Source of the DNA: an uncultured virus (IMG/VR IMGVR_UViG_3300008262_000183)
Lineage: Duplodnaviria; Heunggongvirae; Uroviricota; Caudoviricetes
Virus record (IMG/VR): IMGVR_UViG_3300008262_000183
Direction: 5' to 3' (one strand)
Length of the DNA stretch: 20,000 nt
The notes below the pieces were generated by a model. It did no database searches and had not been told where the DNA came from. It worked only from the letters and a program-made list of their open reading frames with translations. Both the position numbers and the translations under genes were made by a program. Below are positions 7,908-15,412 of this stretch, piece by piece (the first letter of the stretch is position 1; every line of letters begins with the position of its first letter).

Positions 7908-8188
7908 AGATTGAAATAACACCTACTCCAACAGATTACATTGAACCGGAACCAATACCAACAGAGTACATTGAACCAACGCCAACACCTACTGAGTATA
8001 TTGAGCCAACGCCTACTCCAACCGAGTACGTCGATCCAATTTATGAGGAAGTTGTTGAACCAACACCTACCCCTACACCGACAGTTTCAAATAAAATTTA
8101 TGTGGATGAACTACCACCAAGATTACCAATAGCTGGTTTAAAAACTTTTCAAAGGAATGTTAGAAATTCAAGACGTAGAAGCATTTAA
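7904..8188 (+). CDS. -1-frame extension of the 6699 protein (Pro/Thr-repeat tail with a basic C-terminus); not in the ORF track
   Basis: Hand translation: VEIEITPTPTDYIEPEPIPTEYIEPTPTPTEYIEPTPTPTEYVDPIYEEVVEPTPTPTPTVSNKIYVDELPPRLPIAGLKTFQRNVRNSRRRSI*. No ATG/GTG/TTG start precedes the repeats, and the frame is bounded by TGA at 7874. Confidence 0.8.
   Translation, partial: VEIEITPTPTDYIEPEPIPTEYIEPTPTPTEYIEPTPTPTEYVDPIYEEVVEPTPTPTPTVSNKIYVDELPPRLPIAGLKTFQRNVRNSRRRSI
7916..8035 (+). repeat. Four degenerate 30-bp coding repeats (xTPTPTEYIE)
   Basis: ITPTPTDYIE / PEPIPTEYIE / PTPTPTEYIE / PTPTPTEYVD. Differences fall largely at third codon positions of the 7904 frame. Confidence 0.85.
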
Positions 8189-8780
8189 CTTACCGAATTT
8201 AAAATCAAAAAATAGAAAATATAAAAAAACCCAAATTCTTCTATATGACACTGGAAGAAAGTTTGATAATTTTATTAAAAAACTTAAATATCGAAAATTT
8301 GGGGATTATAAAGACATTCCACATTTCTGCATAACCAAAACTGGTGAAGTTTATAGTTTTATTGATCCAGAATACGGTTCAGAGACTTTTGGAGAGAGTA
8401 GGATTGATAATAAACAAATAAAGATCGCCATAGAAAACCTTGGCTGGTTGAGCAAAAACACCATAAACGGTATCTACCAAAATTGGTTAGATGACGTATA
8501 TAGAGGTGCCCCACATATAAGAAGTTGGAGAAATCGAATGTATTGGGACCCATATACCCCAGAGCAATTACAAGCGTTAGCGGATCTATGTTTGATACTT
8601 TGTGTTAAATATGATATAAAGTATAGATGTGTACCTTCTTCTGGATATATTGAAAACATAAAAAATATGGGTGGAATAGTTAGTAAATCAAATTTTTTGG
8701 ATATTTATACTGATATAAACCCATCGTTTAATTTTAATATATTTGAAGAAAATGTCAAACAAACAGAACACAGGTTATGA
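8157..8780 (+). CDS. N-acetylmuramoyl-L-alanine amidase (Amidase_2/T7-lysozyme fold)-like protein, Zn ligands apparently substituted
   Basis: QILLYDT, PHFCITKTGEVY, IKIAIENLG, YTPEQLQALADLC, GIVSKSNF...DINPSF. Confidence 0.75.
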   Translation: MLEIQDVEAFNLPNLKSKNRKYKKTQILLYDTGRKFDNFIKKLKYRKFGDYKDIPHFCITKTGEVYSFIDPEYGSETFGESRIDNKQIKIAIENLGWLSKNTINGIYQNWLDDVYRGAPHIRSWRNRMYWDPYTPEQLQALADLCLILCVKYDIKYRCVPSSGYIENIKNMGGIVSKSNFLDIYTDINPSFNFNIFEENVKQTEHRL

Positions 8781-9231
8781 TGCTATAAAAAAGATGTTGA
8801 ATACACTAAGAACAATTAGTGAAAATACAACCGCATCTAAAACACTGAATGAAGAAAAAATAAATACCCTAGTAATAGGTAATAATGTTGAGGTTAAGGT
8901 TCATTCTGATGACCAACAAGACCTTAAAATTGGCGATGAAGAGAAGAACTCGTTAAACCAATTGATCGAAAATTTCAAGACACAAGTTTACGAATTGGCC
9001 ACTTTTGAAGAGGGGTTTAATATCTACCAAAATAGTGTGAGATTAGACGGTAGTATTGACAACGATTTAACGTTTGTGTTTATCGCTGGCCAAGACAGAG
9101 GTTTATATATCAATGCAAATATGTTAAAATTAGATAATGAAATGGCTCAGATTATTGATAAACTAAGCAAATTCCAACACACATTTGAAGATGTTATGAA
9201 CGAACTAATTGAAACTAGAAAATATAATTAA
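8752..9231 (+). CDS. Hypothetical protein
   Basis: Likely ATG at 8752 (MSNKQ). Codon usage matches neighbours and the gene is tightly packed. Confidence 0.75.
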   Translation: MSNKQNTGYDAIKKMLNTLRTISENTTASKTLNEEKINTLVIGNNVEVKVHSDDQQDLKIGDEEKNSLNQLIENFKTQVYELATFEEGFNIYQNSVRLDGSIDNDLTFVFIAGQDRGLYINANMLKLDNEMAQIIDKLSKFQHTFEDVMNELIETRKYN

Positions 9232-9233
9232 AA

Positions 9234-9473
9234 ATGGCATTAACTAGTGAGGACAAAAAAGAGATAGAAAAAATTGTAAAAAAGGAAATTAAAGATTTTC
9301 TTGATACAACCAAAGCACACGATATTGTGATAAAGGTTATCCAGAAAGAATTGGGTACTAAAAAAATAGACGATAAAATTGTTGATCTATCAACAAAGGT
9401 TGTTGTTGAGTTATTTAGAACATTATGGCAAAGAAAGGGATTCTGGGAGTCCGCATTAAAAAGTGTTAGATAG
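9234..9473 (+). CDS. Hypothetical helical protein
   Basis: 79-aa ORF; stop overlaps the next GTG start (TAGTG). Confidence 0.75.
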   Translation: MALTSEDKKEIEKIVKKEIKDFLDTTKAHDIVIKVIQKELGTKKIDDKIVDLSTKVVVELFRTLWQRKGFWESALKSVR

Positions 9474-10651
9474 TGAAATATATTAAGCCAAATTTTGATG
9501 AAGAGTGGATGGAAGCCATACGTTATCCTGAGTTTGAAGAAATGGGATATGAGGGCTGGATGCATACTGCACAAAATAATTTTAGTATAAGTAATTACGA
9601 AAAAATAAAAGATGTTTTATATAATGTTAATTTAGATTATGATAGTCTAGATAAAGACAAAAGAAACAGATTTGAAAAAGCATTTAAAATAGGTAAAGTT
9701 GAAATACCTATAGTGGTTAAATTTAGCGATACAGACTACGATTTGTTGGGAGGTAACACTAGATTAGCTGGGCTAATTAAAAATGGAATAAACCCTAAAT
9801 TATGGGTTATAGATATGACAAACAACGAAACTGAATTGGAAGAAAAATGGTCTGAGAAGTATAAGAAATCTATAGATTGTAATAATCCAAAAGGGTTTAG
9901 TCAAAGAGCTCATTGTCAAGGTAAAAAGAAAAAAATGAACGAAACTGAAGAATTAGAAGGTGGTTTAGCTGACAATAAAACATTGGTTCAAATTGCTAAA
10001 AAACATGATGCAAAGAGTTATTACCATATTGACGATATGGTTAAATCTTTGAAAAAGCAATTAGAGATGGGGATGAAAGTGGAAATGGAACATACTGACA
10101 GTAAAGATAAAGCCAAAGAAATTGCTATGGATCATTTATGGGAAGACCCATCATACTATACTAAACTAAAAAAGATTGAAGCAAAAGAAATGACTGGAGC
10201 AGACTCTGCGGGGGCATTCAGCGCACCAGCCTTTGGCCAAGTCATTAAGAAAAAGAATATTACCAAAATACATAACATGACTGAATCTGAACAAGAAATT
10301 GATGAAGTTACAGATGCAAGTTCATCTGGTTCATATGATGTTCCTTTTGGTGGTGGTAGAAATGGTAGAAAAAATCCATTAAAAATTGATGGTCCAGATA
10401 GTATCTATAAAGGTAGAGCTGTTAAAGATAAAAATTTCCCTAAGTGGGGTGGTCCTGGAGGTAAATTTGTTAAGATAAAAGACAAATGTAAGAAATACCC
10501 TTATTGTAATCAGGGGGATATAAATGCATTAGAGCTAATTGAGAGCGAAGAAATGACTCAAGCAATAGAAAGCGTGTCTCTAAAAAGCGGTTTGAGTAAA
10601 GAGTTCTTAAAGAAAATAGTTCTAAAAGAGATTAAACATATATTTATTTAA
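9473..10651 (+). CDS. Modular protein: ParB/Srx-like N-terminal domain, Cys/His mini-motif, DUF5661-like domain, Gly-rich Cys-containing C-terminus
   Basis: IPIVV...YDLLGGNTRL; KWSEKYKKSIDCNNPKGFSQRAHC; GMKVEMEHT...AKEIAMDHLWEDPSYYTKL; CKKYPYCNQG. Confidence 0.8.
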   Translation: MKYIKPNFDEEWMEAIRYPEFEEMGYEGWMHTAQNNFSISNYEKIKDVLYNVNLDYDSLDKDKRNRFEKAFKIGKVEIPIVVKFSDTDYDLLGGNTRLAGLIKNGINPKLWVIDMTNNETELEEKWSEKYKKSIDCNNPKGFSQRAHCQGKKKKMNETEELEGGLADNKTLVQIAKKHDAKSYYHIDDMVKSLKKQLEMGMKVEMEHTDSKDKAKEIAMDHLWEDPSYYTKLKKIEAKEMTGADSAGAFSAPAFGQVIKKKNITKIHNMTESEQEIDEVTDASSSGSYDVPFGGGRNGRKNPLKIDGPDSIYKGRAVKDKNFPKWGGPGGKFVKIKDKCKKYPYCNQGDINALELIESEEMTQAIESVSLKSGLSKEFLKKIVLKEIKHIFI

Positions 10652-10652
10652 T

Positions 10653-11960
10653 ATGAAAAAAGACCAAATGAAAGATTTTATAGAAGAAACTATCGCAAAA
10701 GAAATTAAAAAATTAATTAGCGAAAGTGTTTCTAATGAAGTTTATATAATAAAACATAATGGCCAACCTGTTGAACAATTTAAAACTCAAGAGGAAGCTG
10801 ATAAAGCATTAGAAGTATATAAAGCAAAGCACCCAGATCAAGAACTTATTGTTGAACCTGGTGAAGAACTTTCATTTGAAGAATTAGATAAAATGTCTGA
10901 AAAATTAGAAAACATGGAAAATATTAATGAAACAAAACATAAGGGCTATTTCACTACGGCTCAAGTAATGAAATTAGCTAAAAAAGCTGGCTATTGGGTT
11001 TTAGACGCCGGAGACGATTTACTAGAATTATGTGCTGCATATGGTGATAAAATTCCCGCAAGCGAAGTTTTCGAAGTTTTGGATGATTATGATATGCAAG
11101 AATTGAAATCTAAAATAAGAGTAAAAAAGGTCGAACCAAAAGAAGGTGATTTCACTGCACCAGAGGTAACTATGGACGAAAAACTTTATGGCGACCAACA
11201 TAAATTAGATGTTGATAAGGACGGCGATATCGGAGCAGATGATTTGGCCAAATTAAGAGCTGGAAAAGAAGAGACTAAAGAGGAAGAGGAAGAATGTATG
11301 GAGTGTGGTGATGGATATATGGAAGAGGGTGTTTGTGAAAAGTGCGGTAAAGAAATTTGTGAGTGTGGTGGTGGTATAATGGAATCTAAAAAAAGTATTA
11401 AATTGACTGAATCAGAATTGATTTCATTAATTACTAATATTGTTAATGAATCATTTCCAGCTGCAGAATTACAAGGTACTGTTCATAAAAAAAGTGGTGA
11501 GCAAAACGAAGATGCTCTTTCAGATGTTGAGGAAAAAATAAAAGAATATTTGAATTTCGATGGTAATGATAATTCAGAATTTCCACATCAAGTAGGTGGT
11601 GAAGTTAAAGCCAGAAGAGCTGATGAAAAAGAAGCTGATGAAGTATCAACTCATAGAGGTGGTGGAATGGAAGATCTTGATTATGATGTTGAACCATCTA
11701 AAGAATTTAAAGAAAGAATTGATATGGCGCTAAAGGGTGATGTTAAGATGGGTAACTCACAAGAAGCTGCTAATGTTGTCCCAAGTAAACTAGGGGAAAA
11801 GATTATTAAAAAGGTAAAAAAGAAAGATCAAGAAGAATCTGAGGCTCAAATGTATGCTAAAGCCGTACAGCCATCAAGAGAAACCAAAAAGAAAGACGTT
11901 GTTTCAGAAGAAATTCAAAGAATGAAACAAATGGCTTCGTACAATAAGAAAACTCAATAA
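10653..11960 (+). CDS. Acidic modular protein with an EF-hand-like DxDxDG loop and a Cys cluster (possibly head-associated)
   Basis: DVDKDGDIGADDL (11208-11246), CMECG...CEKCGKEICECG, C-terminal EEIQRMKQMASY. TATTTAT lies just upstream. Confidence 0.8.
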   Translation: MKKDQMKDFIEETIAKEIKKLISESVSNEVYIIKHNGQPVEQFKTQEEADKALEVYKAKHPDQELIVEPGEELSFEELDKMSEKLENMENINETKHKGYFTTAQVMKLAKKAGYWVLDAGDDLLELCAAYGDKIPASEVFEVLDDYDMQELKSKIRVKKVEPKEGDFTAPEVTMDEKLYGDQHKLDVDKDGDIGADDLAKLRAGKEETKEEEEECMECGDGYMEEGVCEKCGKEICECGGGIMESKKSIKLTESELISLITNIVNESFPAAELQGTVHKKSGEQNEDALSDVEEKIKEYLNFDGNDNSEFPHQVGGEVKARRADEKEADEVSTHRGGGMEDLDYDVEPSKEFKERIDMALKGDVKMGNSQEAANVVPSKLGEKIIKKVKKKDQEESEAQMYAKAVQPSRETKKKDVVSEEIQRMKQMASYNKKTQ

Positions 11961-12003
11961 ATCTTCTTTTTCTGTTTTTTTATCCTTATATTGTTTTAAT
12001 ATT

Positions 12004-12459
12004 ATGGGTATGAAAAAGAGTGAAGATTATTTGGGATTTGTTTCATCTGAAGATTTTAAAAATCAAGCCGAAGTTTGGTACAAAGCGTACAATATAATTC
12101 GTGAAAAAACAGAACTTTTTCACGATTTTGTAATTTCCCTATATAATTTAATAGACAGCACTTACATGGGTGCTGATGTTACAACCACAGAGTTGGATAA
12201 AAGAAACCACTTTGACTGGTGTTGGAAAAAAGTAATTTCAAATTTTTCAAAAGAATCAATCTTTTTCAAAGAAAGGGGTCAACACTATGACTATATCTGG
12301 TTATTTTTTTATGAAGCCTATTACTTAAATGAAACTAAGAACAATAGGATCAAGGAATATTTCGGTAAACTATTCCAATTTGACTACAAAAAGACTCGAT
12401 CAGAACTAGATATGTTAACCGAGCTTTATAAGATATTAGAATCTAATATAAAGAAATAA
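12004..12459 (+). CDS. Hypothetical protein (aromatic-rich, helical)
   Basis: 151-aa ORF preceded by TATATTG (11987-11993). Confidence 0.8.
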   Translation: MGMKKSEDYLGFVSSEDFKNQAEVWYKAYNIIREKTELFHDFVISLYNLIDSTYMGADVTTTELDKRNHFDWCWKKVISNFSKESIFFKERGQHYDYIWLFFYEAYYLNETKNNRIKEYFGKLFQFDYKKTRSELDMLTELYKILESNIKK

Positions 12460-12526
12460 AAAAAAATCCAGTTTTTAGCTTTAAAAAACCAAACTTTTCC
12501 CGTATATTGAGTTAAAATACTTGTAT

Positions 12527-12715
12527 ATGGAGACATTAAAAAAAATAAAAGATCTGGTGGAGAAGATGTCTGTAGATACCCAAAAAGTTTTTATTAAGGG
12601 TAATCGGAGCGCATCTATAAGAGCCAGAAAACACGCTCAAGAGTTAAAAGCTATGATCGGTGTTTACAGAAAAGAAATTTTAGAAGAAATCAAAAAACAT
12701 GATAAAGCCGATTAG
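12527..12715 (+). CDS. Histone H1-like (Hc1 family) DNA-binding protein
   Basis: KGNRSASIRARKHAQELK...YRKE matches the KGNKAAGTRARK motif of Bacteroidota/Chlamydia Hc1. ATG at 12527. Confidence 0.8.
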   Translation: METLKKIKDLVEKMSVDTQKVFIKGNRSASIRARKHAQELKAMIGVYRKEILEEIKKHDKAD

Positions 12716-12881
12716 TATATTTCTTTTTATTTTCAGCATCGTATTTTTATTAAGATATGTTGTTGAAGTTATTTTGGCCATCAGAAGCGAAGAGCCAAGA
12801 CAAATAAGCATAAATAAAATGATTGAGATATTTTTATATATTTCAATTTCATATATTTTAACATTTTTAATAACATTATAG
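12699..12881 (+). CDS. Small two-TM membrane protein
   Basis: Two hydrophobic helices in 60 aa; overlaps both neighbours. Confidence 0.7.
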   Translation: MIKPISIFLFIFSIVFLLRYVVEVILAIRSEEPRQISINKMIEIFLYISISYILTFLITL

Positions 12882-13342
12882 TGTACGAATTAATCGCCAG
12901 CCTCAGACCGTTTTTCTTCTCTTTAAGAGAGATTGAAAAAAATGTTAGTCTAGATTTAAGAATGCCCACAAAATGGAAACTAGAGAACATTCAATTTATT
13001 GTTTCTCAGTACAAATCCGTTTCAATGAAAGTTCAAGATAAAAATGATAAATTTCAACTCGTATCGTTGATAGCGGTAGCAAATGAGGACGGCTATGATA
13101 CAACAAGAGTATGTGCATTAGAGATAATCAGATATAATATTGAGTTAGAAGAAAAGGAAAGGCTCTTTAAAGAAAAGGTAAAAGAACTTGAATTGTTATT
13201 TAAAAAAGAATCTTTAGATAAATTAAAAGATATAACTTTTATAGAAGATGAGCAAGAAGATACAACAGGGGTTGGAATGGTTGTCGAAGGAAATGGAGAA
13301 GGACCAGAGGGAAGTGATGAATCACAAGAAGAAGACGATTAA
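12881..13342 (+). CDS. Hypothetical protein with coiled coil and acidic tail
   Basis: GTG start coupled to the previous TAG; 153 aa. Confidence 0.75.
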   Translation: MYELIASLRPFFFSLREIEKNVSLDLRMPTKWKLENIQFIVSQYKSVSMKVQDKNDKFQLVSLIAVANEDGYDTTRVCALEIIRYNIELEEKERLFKEKVKELELLFKKESLDKLKDITFIEDEQEDTTGVGMVVEGNGEGPEGSDESQEEDD

Positions 13343-13451
13343 CGAAATTAAATCTCTGGATAAAAATAAAATGTTTGAAGAAAAACCAAAAAAGAAGATA
13401 TCTATTTTGGATAGGATATTAATTATTTTTGGATATGGAAAAAAAGGGTGA
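13248..13451 (+). CDS. Small basic hypothetical protein with a C-terminal amphipathic helix
   Basis: 67 aa ending ISILDRILIIFGYGKKG. It fills the gap 13343-13434 and overlaps the upstream gene by 95 nt. Confidence 0.65.
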   Translation: MSKKIQQGLEWLSKEMEKDQREVMNHKKKTINEIKSLDKNKMFEEKPKKKISILDRILIIFGYGKKG

Positions 13452-13668
13452 TTTATTTAATCAATTAGCAATTATATCTGATTTATTAGAAAAATCAAAT
13501 GTTGAATCCATCAATCAAACAATTATATTGGAATTATCTAGAGAAGAATTTGTTAGAGTTTACAAACTAACACAACTAAAAGCAAAAAAATCTTTGGAGG
13601 TTCCAAAAACTAGTTTCAATATTAAGATTGGTGGTGTGAATATAATTTTTAGTATGAGTAATGCCTAA
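13435..13668 (+). CDS. Hypothetical protein
   Basis: Likely ATG at 13435 (MEKKG); converges on and overlaps the minus-strand gene by 20 nt. Confidence 0.65.
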   Translation: MEKKGDLFNQLAIISDLLEKSNVESINQTIILELSREEFVRVYKLTQLKAKKSLEVPKTSFNIKIGGVNIIFSMSNA

Positions 13669-14296
13669 ATAATTCATTTCTAGTGAAGCCTTTCGGTTCA
13701 AGCAAATTATAAAGCATCTTTCTTTGGTAACTGGTAACATCTCTTACAAACATAAAATTTTTTCTTTTCTTATTTAAGAGTTCTGTTTGTAGTATTTCAA
13801 ATAATCTGGACGTGTCGTTCAGATTTTTATTTTTATATACAGTCACATCATCATCTATTTGAACAAATATTTTATTATTCAATGTGAATATCTGTGCCGG
13901 CTGAGTTATTTTGGTAACGATGTCAAACATCTCAGGAAAAAAGATATGTTTCTTTTGTTGAAAATCATAAATCTTTTCTTGCTCCCACCATGGAATAAGT
14001 TCTTTTATTCTTAAACCGCTATCAAGCAATTCTATTGGGACATTTTGCCCCATTTCATTTCTTTCATATAAAACCTCATCTTTAACCCACCTATTCATTG
14101 GGTAGATTAAAACCAATTCAAAATTTAATTTTTGTCTTGATCTACCACGGTTCTCAGCACAGTATAGAGGTTTTTTTTGTGTTTTATACTCTCTCCAATG
14201 TTCATTAATTGTGGTTCTTTTGTTACACTTATGTATGATTTTTTTGCGCTTTCCATTGAGCATCAAAACAATCATATATTTGTACTTAGTTTTCAT
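13649..14296 (-). CDS. Hypothetical basic protein
   Basis: 215-aa ORF; start overlaps the upstream stop (ATGA). Confidence 0.8.
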   Translation of the reverse strand: MKTKYKYMIVLMLNGKRKKIIHKCNKRTTINEHWREYKTQKKPLYCAENRGRSRQKLNFELVLIYPMNRWVKDEVLYERNEMGQNVPIELLDSGLRIKELIPWWEQEKIYDFQQKKHIFFPEMFDIVTKITQPAQIFTLNNKIFVQIDDDVTVYKNKNLNDTSRLFEILQTELLNKKRKNFMFVRDVTSYQRKMLYNLLEPKGFTRNELFRHYSY

Positions 14297-14448
14297 ATGA
14301 ATTTAGTGATTAATGAGTATAGACCATAAATTGCCAACATACTCCAAACAAGCATAAAAACTACAACCCCTTTTGAAATAAGAGATACTTGGGTCTGGAT
14401 TTCATCGATTACACCCGAATCCTTTTTTTTACATTCCTTACATGACAT
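14293..14448 (-). CDS. Small membrane protein with N-terminal CxxC
   Basis: Likely start MSCKECKKK (CAT at 14446-14448) and C-terminal TM GVVVFMLVWSMLAIYGLYSLI. Minus-strand TATTTATA at 14457-14464. Confidence 0.7.
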   Translation of the reverse strand: MSCKECKKKDSGVIDEIQTQVSLISKGVVVFMLVWSMLAIYGLYSLITKFI

Positions 14449-14456
14449 ATATTGAA

Positions 14457-14550
14457 TATAAATAATTTTTTTGAAAAACAAAATCTTTTTATTCTCATAA
14501 AATTTTATTATATTTATTAAACCCATAATAGGGTATAATATTTATAAATA
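14457..14550. promoter_or_regulatory. Divergent promoter region with TATTTAT motifs on both strands
   Basis: Minus-strand TATTTATA at 14457-14464, plus-strand TATTTATT at 14511-14518, palindromic TATTTATAAATA at 14539-14550. Confidence 0.5.
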
Positions 14551-14559
14551 AATCAAAAA

Positions 14560-15081
14560 ATGAATAAGTGGTACGTAATTAAGGTAATGCCAGGTAAAGA
14601 AAGACAATTAAACGAACAGTTTAATTCACAGATTTCTTCTGGTAAAATAGCCTATATAAAAAGATTTATATGTCCAACCGAGAAGGAAATGAAGGTTGTT
14701 TCAGGTAAAAAAGTATACAAAGAAAAGGTGCTTTATGGGGGATACCTTTATTTTGAAACAATTGAAAGTTTAACGCAGGACCAACTTGCGTTTATTTCAG
14801 CCAATCCATCTGTGATGAGCATGCTTGGCGATAAAACCCCTAAGAGAATGAGTAGTGATGATATTTCTAGGATAATCAAAGATGAGATATTAGAAAATCT
14901 TAAAAAAGAAAAATCTTTAAAATATCTGGTTGGTGAAAGTGTTAAGATTGATATGGGGCCCTTTTCAGATTTTACTGGAAACATTGAAAGTATTAAAGGT
15001 GATAAAGTTGTTTTAAGTGTCAAAGTTTTTGGTAGAAGTACAACAGTGGAATTAAATTTAGACCAAATATCAAAATCGTAA
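14560..15081 (+). CDS. nusG: Transcription elongation/antitermination factor NusG
   Basis: NGN domain WYVIKVMPGKE...GYLYFE; KOW domain GESVKIDMGPFSDFTGNI...VKVFGRSTTVEL. Confidence 0.93.
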   Translation: MNKWYVIKVMPGKERQLNEQFNSQISSGKIAYIKRFICPTEKEMKVVSGKKVYKEKVLYGGYLYFETIESLTQDQLAFISANPSVMSMLGDKTPKRMSSDDISRIIKDEILENLKKEKSLKYLVGESVKIDMGPFSDFTGNIESIKGDKVVLSVKVFGRSTTVELNLDQISKS

Positions 15082-15374
15082 TGGAAACTGAAGTTTTAAT
15101 TTATTTACAAAAAATTAAAAGCTATCTAAACACCAATGAGGAAGCTAGAGAATATTTTATTGGAGATTCCAGCATAGATGAATTTTATAATCACCTATCA
15201 ATAATCTCCAATAAGAACTTTGAAACAAATGGCCAGCCAGAATTAACAAGAGAACAATTTGAGTTATTAAGAATGACTATAAAGGTTACAGCAATACGAA
15301 AACAAAGAGTTTTTTATAGTGACGACAAGTTATTTTTATATCTTGACGATTTTCCGGGCATTTGTATGAATTAG
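15081..15374 (+). CDS. Hypothetical protein
   Basis: 97-aa ORF coupled to nusG (TAATG). Confidence 0.75.
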   Translation: METEVLIYLQKIKSYLNTNEEAREYFIGDSSIDEFYNHLSIISNKNFETNGQPELTREQFELLRMTIKVTAIRKQRVFYSDDKLFLYLDDFPGICMN

Positions 15375-15412
15375 TATTTGTTTTTTTGAAAAAAAATGCA
15401 TATATTTTATAT

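Noticed and set aside
7905..7919. TAG readthrough or stop-codon reassignment
   Set aside because: In-frame TAA follows three codons later. Other TAG stops (5040, 9473, 12881) abut the next gene or an intergenic gap normally, so the standard code fits.
7916..8035. Possible CRISPR or guide-RNA array
   Set aside because: Units are contiguous 30-bp codon-degenerate repeats with no unique spacers, and no cas-like gene is nearby.
7941..8132. 63-aa ORF in the track (MNRNQYQQ...)
   Set aside because: Shadow of the repeat region. Repeat variation is synonymous in the 7904 frame, not in this one.
11945..11981. Terminator after the 435-aa gene
   Set aside because: A T-rich tract is present but there is no convincing GC stem.
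12699..12881. Holin call for the two-TM protein
   Set aside because: Topology alone is insufficient; there is no adjacent active endolysin or charged C-terminal tail.
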